From Thermoanaerobaculia bacterium (GTDB taxonomy: Bacteria > Acidobacteriota > Thermoanaerobaculia > UBA5066): a stretch of DNA of 64,000 nt. Positions 56,840 to 64,000 of this stretch are shown in pieces. Below the pieces are notes generated by a model that saw nothing but the letters and a program-made list of their open reading frames with translations, ran no database searches and was not told the origin of the DNA. The position numbers were made by a program, and so were the translations under genes. Each line of letters opens with the position of its first letter. The stretch's first letter is position 1. The DNA is taken from contig CAVRAY010000002.1 of assembly GCA_963719225.1 (NCBI GenBank), positions 576,001 to 640,000 on the forward strand, in the 5' to 3' direction.

Positions 56840-56928
56840 GGGGAGGGCCGAAGCCCTCTCGACGCACGCGCGTGCTGTCTGAGCGAAGCGAGTTCACGCG
56901 CGAAGGAGACGGGGGCTTCGGCCTCCCC
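56840..56928. repeat. REP-like palindromic element downstream of glmS
   Basis: GGGAGGGCCGAAGCCC..GGGCTTCGGCCTCCC outer inverted repeat; CGCGCGTG/CACGCGCG inner stem around GAGCGAAGCGAG. Confidence 0.65.
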
Positions 56929-56940
56929 GAGACGACCGCC

Positions 56941-56968
56941 TTGACATATTAGAAAACGCTACTATATT
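56941..56968 (+). promoter_or_regulatory. Promoter with probable ArsR operator
   Basis: TTGACA-N16-TATATT; imperfect palindrome ATATTAG-N6-CTACTAT at 56946-56965. Confidence 0.7.
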
Positions 56969-56974
56969 GACGGC

Positions 56975-57349
56975 ATGGCGAGGGCCGCGAGCGACGAGAG
57001 CGTCTACCAGGCGATCGCGTGTCCCACGCGCCGCGCGCTCCTCTCCGCGCTCGCGCTCGGGGAGAGCAGCGTCTCGGACCTCGTCGCCTCCCTCGACGTC
57101 ACGCAGTCCGCGGTGAGCCAGCAGCTCGCGGTCCTGAGGAGCGCCGGGCTCGTCGGCGAGCGCGCCGACGGGCGGTTCCGCCACTACAGCCTCCGGCCGG
57201 GCCCGCTCGATGAGGTCGCGGCGTGGATCGACCGCACGCGTGCGTTCCACGAGAAGCAGCTGGACGCCCTCGGCCGCGTGCTCGACGCCCTGCCCGACGA
57301 GCCGAGGGACCGCGCATCGCGCCCCACGAAGAGGAGACGAACGCCATGA
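56975..57349 (+). CDS. ArsR/SmtB family regulator
   Basis: A.PTRR.LL, TQSAVSQQL.VL..AGLV, GR.R.Y.L. Confidence 0.92.
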   Translation: MARAASDESVYQAIACPTRRALLSALALGESSVSDLVASLDVTQSAVSQQLAVLRSAGLVGERADGRFRHYSLRPGPLDEVAAWIDRTRAFHEKQLDALGRVLDALPDEPRDRASRPTKRRRTP

Positions 57350-57873
57350 CGACCGACACCAGAAGCGCCCACCAGACGACAATCCTCACCGACCGTGGAG
57401 CCTCGATGAGCGACCTTCGCATCGTCCGCGACTATCCGCACCCGCCGGCGAAGGTCTGGCGCGTCCTGACCGAGCCCGCCCTGATGGCGCTCCTCGGGAT
57501 GCGGCCCGAGGGCTACGCGCCCGTCGTCGGCACGAAGTTCAGGCTCGTCGGCAAGCCGAACCCCGCGTGGCGCGGGTTCGTCGCGTGCGAGGTTCTCGAG
57601 GTGCGCGAGCCGTCCCTCCTCCGTTACGCGTGGGACGACGACGGGAAGGGACGGCCCACCGAGGTCGCGTACCGGATCGAGGCGCACGCCGGCGGGACTC
57701 GGCTCACCGTCGAGCACTCGGGATTCTCGGGCGTCAGCGGGCTCCTGTTCTCGAGGCTGGTCATGAAGCCGGGGTGGCGGAGGAAGCTCGACACGTTCCT
57801 CCCCGCCGTCCTCGCGGACCTCGACGAAGCGGGGCGCCTGAGGCCGGGAAGCACGCTGAAGCCGAGGTTCTGA
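57346..57873 (+). CDS. SRPBCC/AHSA1-domain protein
   Basis: YPHPPAKVW..LT.P, LRYAW, GGTRL.VEHSGF, GW; ATGA overlap with the ArsR gene. Confidence 0.88.
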   Translation: MTTDTRSAHQTTILTDRGASMSDLRIVRDYPHPPAKVWRVLTEPALMALLGMRPEGYAPVVGTKFRLVGKPNPAWRGFVACEVLEVREPSLLRYAWDDDGKGRPTEVAYRIEAHAGGTRLTVEHSGFSGVSGLLFSRLVMKPGWRRKLDTFLPAVLADLDEAGRLRPGSTLKPRF

Positions 57874-57894
57874 GGAAACGCCGGAACGCGCGCG

Positions 57895-59373
57895 TCAGGC
57901 CCAGCCTTTCGCGCGACCGACGGCCTTTTCCCATCCCGCGCGGAGTGCCGCCGCCTCGTCGCGCGACATCGTCGGCTCGAAGCGGCGGCCGATCCTCCAG
58001 TTCGCGCGGAGCTCGGACGCGTCCTTCCAGAAGCCGACGGCGAGGCCGGCGAGATACGCGGCGCCGAGGGCGGTCGTCTCGAGGACCTCGGGCCGCACGA
58101 CGGGAACTCCGAGGACATCCGCCTGGAACTTCATGAGGAGCTCGTTCGCCGAGGCGCCGCCGTCCACGCGCAGCTCGGTCAGCTTCGCGCCGGCGTCCCT
58201 CTCCATCGCGGAAAGGACGTCCGCGCTCTGGTACGCGATCGACTCGAGAACCGCCCGCGCGAGGTGCCCGGCCGTGGAGCCGCGGGTCAGCCCGAGAACC
58301 GCGCCGCGCGCGTAGGGGTCCCAGTGGGGCGCGCCGAGCCCCGCGAACGCCGGAACCATGTAGACGCCGCCGTTGTCCCTCTCGCTCGCGGCGAGGGCCT
58401 CGACGTCCGCCGCCGCGCGGATGATCTTCAGCCCGTCCCTCAGCCACTGCACCGCGGCGCCGGCGACGAAGACGCTGCCTTCGAGGGCGTACGTGCGCGC
58501 GCCACCGATGTCCCAGGCGACGGTCGTGAGGAGCCGGTTCTTCGAGGCGACCGCGGTCGCTCCGGTGTTCTGGAGGAGGAAGCACCCCGTCCCGTACGTG
58601 TTCTTCGCGAGGCCGGAACGGTCGCAGGCCTGGCCGAACAGAGCAGCCTGCTGATCGCCTGCGACGCCTGCGATCGGGACGGCGACGCCGCCGACGGAAG
58701 CAGACGCGACGACCCCGGAGGACGGCACGATCCGCGGCAAAACCTCGCGCGGGACGTCGAGGAGGGCGAGTAGCTCGTCGTCCCACGCGCCCGCGTGGAT
58801 GTCGCAGAGGAGCGTCCGGCTCGCGTTCGTGGAGTCGGTCACGTGCACGGCGCCGTCCGTCAGGCGCCAGAGGAGCCACGAGTCGACCGTGCCGAACGCG
58901 AGCTCGCCGCGCGCGGCGCGGGCCCGCGCGAGAGGGACGTTGTCGAGGAGCCACTTCAGCTTCGTTCCGGAGAAGTACGGATCGAGGACGAGGCCCGTCT
59001 TCGCGGTGAACGTCGCCTCGTGGCTGGCGGCGCGCAGCGCGTCGCATGTCGAGGCGGTCCTTCGGTCCTGCCAGACGATCGCGTTCGCGAGCGGGCGGCC
59101 CGTCGCGCGCTCCCAGAGGAGCGTCGTCTCGCGCTGGTTCGTGATCCCGATCGCCGCGAGGTCGCGGCCGGTGAGGCCGGCCTTTGCGAGCGCCTCGTGC
59201 ATGACGCCGGACTGCGTCGCCCAGATCTCCGTCGGGTCGTGCTCGACCCAGCCGGGCTCCGGGAAGATCTGCCGGAATTCCTGCTGCGCCGTCGCGACGA
59301 CGCGGCCCGCGTGGTCGAAGACGAGCGCGCGCGAGCTCGTCGTGCCCTGGTCGAGCGCGAGGACGAACGACAT
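57895..59373 (-). CDS. glpK: Glycerol kinase
   Basis: [45 protein letters not shown]. Confidence 0.97.
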   Translation of the reverse strand: MSFVLALDQGTTSSRALVFDHAGRVVATAQQEFRQIFPEPGWVEHDPTEIWATQSGVMHEALAKAGLTGRDLAAIGITNQRETTLLWERATGRPLANAIVWQDRRTASTCDALRAASHEATFTAKTGLVLDPYFSGTKLKWLLDNVPLARARAARGELAFGTVDSWLLWRLTDGAVHVTDSTNASRTLLCDIHAGAWDDELLALLDVPREVLPRIVPSSGVVASASVGGVAVPIAGVAGDQQAALFGQACDRSGLAKNTYGTGCFLLQNTGATAVASKNRLLTTVAWDIGGARTYALEGSVFVAGAAVQWLRDGLKIIRAAADVEALAASERDNGGVYMVPAFAGLGAPHWDPYARGAVLGLTRGSTAGHLARAVLESIAYQSADVLSAMERDAGAKLTELRVDGGASANELLMKFQADVLGVPVVRPEVLETTALGAAYLAGLAVGFWKDASELRANWRIGRRFEPTMSRDEAAALRAGWEKAVGRAKGWA

Positions 59374-59431
59374 ATACGGCCGATCATGCCGCAGCGCCGG
59401 AGAACTCGCGCCTGCGCTACCATCGCGCCCC

Positions 59432-61837
59432 TTGGTCGCCCGCCCGGAAGATCTCCTCGAAGGCCTCAATCCCGAACAGGCCGCCGCCGTCTCGCACGGC
59501 GAGGGGCCGCTCCTCGTCCTCGCGGGGGCCGGCTCCGGGAAGACGCGCGTCCTGACGCGGCGCCTCGCGTGGCTCGTCGCGCGGGGCGTCCCGCAGGAGG
59601 CGATCGTCGCCGTCACGTTCACGAACAAGGCGGCGGGCGAGATGAAAGAGCGCGTCGGCGCGCTCCTCGGGACGGACCGCCCGCGCTCTTTCGTCGGGAC
59701 GTTCCACGCGTGGGGCGTGCGCCTCCTCAGGCGCTTCGCGGACGAGGCGGGTCTGCCGCGCGGATTCGTCGTCTTCGACGCGGACGACCAGCTCGCCGTC
59801 GTCAGGCGCGTCCTGAAGGACGTCGCGGTTCCCGAGAAGTCCGCGACCCCGCGCCAGATCCAGTCGAAGATCTCCGCCGCGAAGAACGAGGGGATCTCGC
59901 CCGACGAATTCCCGCGCCGCTTCGGCGACTTCCTCGGCTCGCGCCTCGCGGACGTCGCGCGCGCGTACGAGAAGTCGCTGAAGGCCGCCCACGCGCTCGA
60001 TTTCGACGACCTCCTCGTCCTTTCGGCGAGACTCGTCGCGTCCCACGACAAGGTGCGCGACCTCCTGAGGCGCTCCATCCGCCACCTCCTCGTCGACGAG
60101 TACCAGGACACGAACCGCGTCCAGGCGAAGCTCGTGAGGCTCGTCACGGGCGAGGCGGGAAACCTCTTCGTCGTCGGCGACGAGGACCAGTCCATCTACC
60201 GCTGGCGCGGCGCGGATGTCGCGAACATCCTCGATTTCGCGCGCGACTTCCCGTCCGCGAGGACCGTAAGGCTCGAGCGGAACTACCGCTCGACGGCGCC
60301 GATCCTGAAGGCGGCCGGCGCGGTCGTCGCGGAGAACCGGCGGCGGCTCGGCAAGACGCTCAAGGCGACGAAGCCGGGCGGCGAGAAGGTGCGCCTCGTC
60401 TCCTTCGACGAGGAGCGCGACGAGGCCCGGGAGATCGTCCAGCGCGTGGCCGCGGCGCGGCGCGCGCGGCCGCAGGGCGAGGTCGCGGTGCTCTTCCGGA
60501 CGAACGCGCAGTCCCGCCCGTTCGAGGATGAGCTCCTCCGGGCGAACCTGCCGTACATCCTCGTCGGCGGGACGAAGTTCTACGAGCGCGCCGAGATCAA
60601 GGACCTCCTCGCGTACCTGCGCCTCGCGCGCAACCCCGCGGACGACGTCTCGTTCCGGAGGGTCGTCAACGTTCCGGCGCGCGGCGTGGGCGCCGCGACG
60701 CTGGAGACGATCGAGGCGCACGCGGCCGAGAAGGGATCGTCGCTCTTCGGGGCGCTCGACGAGCTGCCTTCCGGCCTGACGGAGAGGGCGAGGAAGGCGC
60801 TGTCGGAGTTCCGCGGTCTCGTGATGCGCCTCGCGGACTTCGGCTCCGCGGAGGGCGGCGGGGCGGGAGCCGCGATGGCGTTCGCGCTCGAGGAGACCGG
60901 CCTCGCGAAGCTGTACGAGAACACGCTCGACCCGCAGGACGAGGCCCGCCGCGAGAACCTCGACGAGCTCCTCGCCGCCGCGCGCGAGCACGAGCGGGCG
61001 ACGTCGTGGGGCGCCGAGGGCGACGACCCGACGATCGCGGGCTTTCTCGACGCCGTGACGCTGAGGGCCGACGCGGACGAGGCGGACGAGCGGAAGGGCA
61101 TCCTCCTCATCACGCTCCACGCGGCCAAGGGGCTCGAGTTCGACGACGTCTTCCTCGCGGGCGCCGAGGACGGCTCGCTCCCGCACGCCTCCTCACGCGA
61201 CGACGACGACCAGTTCGAGGAGGAGCGGCGCCTCGCCTACGTCGGGATGACGCGCGCCAAGGAGCGCCTCACGATCTCGTGGGTGCGGCGCCGGATGGTG
61301 CGCGGCGAGTGGATGAGCCGCGACCGGTCTCCGTTCGTCGACGCGATCCCGGGGGAGGTCGTCGCGTACGAAGATCTGACGTCTGGCTTCGGAGGAAGAC
61401 CGGGGAGGGGGACCGGGGATTCGGATTTCCTAGAAGGTAGGTGGGGAAGGGGCTACAGCGGACGGCAGTCCTTCGGTGGTCAAGCGTTCGGCGGCCGCGG
61501 TGGCGCGCCCGCGGGGGGGGCCCTGTTTCCCGACTACGAAAACGAATCCCAGGAAGCCCCAGCCTCCGACTCTTCCTCTTTACCTTCCAAGAAATCCCTC
61601 TTCGGACGTACCCCGATGCGAAACATCACTCCCATCAGGGGGGTGATGAAGCGCACGCCGCCTCCGCCGACCGCCTCCGGCTATCGGCGCGGGTCGAAGG
61701 TGATGCACCCCGAATACGGGCTCGGCGTCGTCCTGACGGTGGAAGGCTCCGGCGACGCGGAGAAGGTCGTCGTCTACTTCGACCGGGCCGGCCGCAAGAA
61801 GTTCGTCGCGAAATTCGCGAACCTCTCGCCGGCCTGA
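59432..61837 (+). CDS. pcrA: UvrD/PcrA ATP-dependent DNA helicase
   Basis: [47 protein letters not shown]; C-terminal Tudor-like domain. Confidence 0.95.
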   Translation: MVARPEDLLEGLNPEQAAAVSHGEGPLLVLAGAGSGKTRVLTRRLAWLVARGVPQEAIVAVTFTNKAAGEMKERVGALLGTDRPRSFVGTFHAWGVRLLRRFADEAGLPRGFVVFDADDQLAVVRRVLKDVAVPEKSATPRQIQSKISAAKNEGISPDEFPRRFGDFLGSRLADVARAYEKSLKAAHALDFDDLLVLSARLVASHDKVRDLLRRSIRHLLVDEYQDTNRVQAKLVRLVTGEAGNLFVVGDEDQSIYRWRGADVANILDFARDFPSARTVRLERNYRSTAPILKAAGAVVAENRRRLGKTLKATKPGGEKVRLVSFDEERDEAREIVQRVAAARRARPQGEVAVLFRTNAQSRPFEDELLRANLPYILVGGTKFYERAEIKDLLAYLRLARNPADDVSFRRVVNVPARGVGAATLETIEAHAAEKGSSLFGALDELPSGLTERARKALSEFRGLVMRLADFGSAEGGGAGAAMAFALEETGLAKLYENTLDPQDEARRENLDELLAAAREHERATSWGAEGDDPTIAGFLDAVTLRADADEADERKGILLITLHAAKGLEFDDVFLAGAEDGSLPHASSRDDDDQFEEERRLAYVGMTRAKERLTISWVRRRMVRGEWMSRDRSPFVDAIPGEVVAYEDLTSGFGGRPGRGTGDSDFLEGRWGRGYSGRQSFGGQAFGGRGGAPAGGALFPDYENESQEAPASDSSSLPSKKSLFGRTPMRNITPIRGVMKRTPPPPTASGYRRGSKVMHPEYGLGVVLTVEGSGDAEKVVVYFDRAGRKKFVAKFANLSPA
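61423..61597. repeat. Inverted-motif pair inside the helicase linker
   Basis: GGATTTCCTAGAAGGTA (61423-61439) and TACCTTCCAAGAAATCC (61581-61597), 15 of 17 positions complementary. Confidence 0.75.
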
Positions 61838-61856
61838 GCCGGCGCGGTCCGGCCGC

Positions 61857-63537
61857 TCAGCCCGGATCGCGCGCGAGCGCGACGATCGCCTTCCGGAGCC
61901 TCCGATGCCCGTCGAAGAGGCGGACGAAGTCCGACTCGCGCCGCCCGCCCTTGGCGCGGATCACGGCGACGAGCGCGCTCTTCTCGCCCGACGTCCAGTG
62001 CAGGGCGCCCGGCAGGATCGAGACGAGCGGCGCCCAGCGGCGGAACGCGAGGCGCTCCGCGGGCGTCCACGCGGCCGTCCGCGCGCCGAGGAGCCGAGCC
62101 GCTTCGCGGGCCAGGACGGTCTCCGCCCGCTCGCGGTCCGAGCCGAAGCGCGCCGCGACGGCGTCCGTCACCCGGAGGCCGACGTTCGGGAGCTCGACGA
62201 GGCCGATCGCGTCGTTCCGGGGCCTGCCGGCGAACCAGTAGACGTTCTCCGAGGCGAGCGTCCGGAGGTCGGCGGCGGGCGTGCGGTGCTCGGGGTCGTC
62301 CGCCATCCGGCGCTCTTCCTCCTTCATGAGGGCGACGGCGCGCGGGGCGCGCGGGCCGAACCCGAGCTTGCGGTAGAACCACCAGGCGCCGGACTCGAGC
62401 GCCTCGGCGTTCCCGTAGCCGCCGAGCTGGTACGGGAAGATCGTGAACGCGTCGGACCCGAACAGGGCGCGCGCCATCGACAGGACCTTGCCGTAGACGA
62501 GGCCCGACTCGCCGCCGCGGAACGTCTCGAACACGTTGTAGGCGATCTCGGACGACCCGAAGAGAGCGCTCGTGAGGACGTAGCCGATCGGGACGCCGTT
62601 CTTGAGCGTCAGGAACCCGTAGACCGACTCGAGAAGGAGCCGGCGTTCGGGGACGACGCCGATCGCGACGAACGCGAGGCCGTCCGGGAACGTCACGAGG
62701 CGGACGTCGTTCGGGTCGCCCCACTGGAACGCGTCGAGATCCCGCTGGCGCGCGACCATCGCCTCCTTCGCGAGGTCGAGGTAACGGGCGGCCTCCCGGG
62801 GCGCGACGGCCTCGACGGAAAGCGGCGGCCGCGCGATCTCGCTTCCTCACGTCCGGGCGGCCGCGGTCCAGGGGCCGCGTCTGGAAGACGACGGGTCCCG
62901 TGCGCGCGCAGGCGTTCGTCCGGGCCGGCGTGTCTTCGCCGGTCTCGAGGACGAGCGGCAGGGCGAGCGCTTCCCAGGCCGCCTCCCGCTCGAACGTCCC
63001 GCGGCCGAGCCGCGCGAGGCGGCGAACGAGGAACGCGGCGTCCGTTTCCCGCGGGCCCTTCAGGCGATTCACCCAGCCGCGGATCCCGAGGTCGAGCTCG
63101 TCGAGCGCCGGCGTCTCGGCCCAGAGCGACACGAGCGGGAGGAGGCGTTCGAGAGAGGCGCCACTCCCGAGCCTCCTCCAGTCCACGCGAAGACGGTCGC
63201 CCCAACGCGCGGCGAGCCAGCGCGCCGTGCCGGCGAAGAACGGGAACCGGGTGCGCGTCCCCGCGATGCCGCTGTCCTCGAGCGCCGCGCGGTGCCGCCG
63301 CAGGTCGGGTCTCTGCGCGAAACGCGCGAGGAGCGCCGTCGTGCGCGCGAGGACGGCCGCGTCGTCCGGATAGGCGCGCAGGAAGCACAGCGCCTCGTGG
63401 AGACGCTCGACCTGCTTCGCGGTGGGGAGACGGACGCCGGCCAGGACGTCCATCGCCTCGAGGCGCCGCACGGCCGCGGCGGGTCCCCGGTCCGTGCGCG
63501 CGCCCTCGAGCGCGCGAAGGGCGTCGGCCGCGGTCAC
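61857..63537 (-). CDS. Uncharacterised protein (about 560 aa) with GNAT-like C-terminal motif (frameshifted near 62845)
   Basis: LHEALCFLRAYPD in the N-terminal part; KNGVPIGY..NVFETFRGGES..GAWWFYRKLGF in another frame; GTGA overlap with the PadR gene. Confidence 0.75.
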
Positions 63538-64000
63538 GACCGCCCCCTCTCGGGCGGAGCGAGGGAGCGGCCCGCGAGGAGCGCCGCGGATTCCGCGTCC
63601 GCCCACGCGAGCTCCGTCTCGAGGAGAACCCGGCGGCGGCGCCGCGCGGCGGTCGTGCCGGCAGCGGCGCGCTTGAGCTCGTCGGCGAGAAGAAGGCGGT
63701 ACTCCTGCAGGCGGCGCAGGCGTTCGGGGGGGAGGGTCCGCTCGAGGAGCGCGAGACGCGCGAGCGTCGCGTCGTGCGGACGGGGGAGGTGAAACGGTTC
63801 GGCGAGCCAGTCGCGGAGCTCGCGCCGGCCCGTGGGCGTCACGCGGTACTCGCGTCGGGGAGGACCCTGGGGCGACCGGCGACGCTTGAGCGAGACGAAG
63901 CCGGCGCGCAGCAACCGGCGGAGCGCGGGATAGATCTGGGAGAGATCCGCGTCCCAGCCACGCGCGGGATCCCCGGCGAGGCGGCTCTTGAGGTCCCACC
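63534..64000 (-). CDS. PadR-family regulator (5'-truncated by window)
   Basis: WDLK..W.A..SQIYPALRRL...G.V..GPPRREY..T..GR.EL..WL. Confidence 0.88.
   Translation of the reverse strand, partial: WDLKSRLAGDPARGWDADLSQIYPALRRLLRAGFVSLKRRRSPQGPPRREYRVTPTGRRELRDWLAEPFHLPRPHDATLARLALLERTLPPERLRRLQEYRLLLADELKRAAAGTTAARRRRRVLLETELAWADAESAALLAGRSLAPPERGRS

Overview
High-GC (about 70% by eye) bacterial chromosome segment, probably Acidobacteriota. That assignment is an inference from the acidobacterial-type VWA protein, the TPR kinase and the amidase-GerMN-murI-rph block beside tmRNA. The left half (1-34 kb) is accessory: secreted CARDB, Ig-like and FG-GAP proteins, peptidases, a PAS-GGDEF cyclase, a BLUF protein and two RRM RNA-binding paralogs sharing a structured leader. 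It also holds an uncharacterised six-gene operon (Tat-exported small protein, FGE/SUMF1-fold protein, two beta-propellers, FMN reductase, SAM methyltransferase) and a repeat-punctuated toxin-antitoxin stack at the tmRNA 3' end. The right half is mostly housekeeping: murI, rph, tRNA-Pro, dusB, msrA, glmU, glmS, glpK, uvrD/pcrA. Four signals stand out. (1) The RiPP-like operon at 16.4-22.4 kb. (2) A recurring A/T-rich motif (GATTTCTT-N-GAAGG) that occurs as inverted pairs between genes and inside coding sequences (homocysteine methyltransferase, glmU, uvrD). (3) The integrase-free TA cassette stack with an unnamed TA-like pair. (4) The conserved RRM leader RNA. Frameshifts in four genes, including essential glmU, suggest long-read indel errors. 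All product calls come from motif recognition by eye, not database searches.
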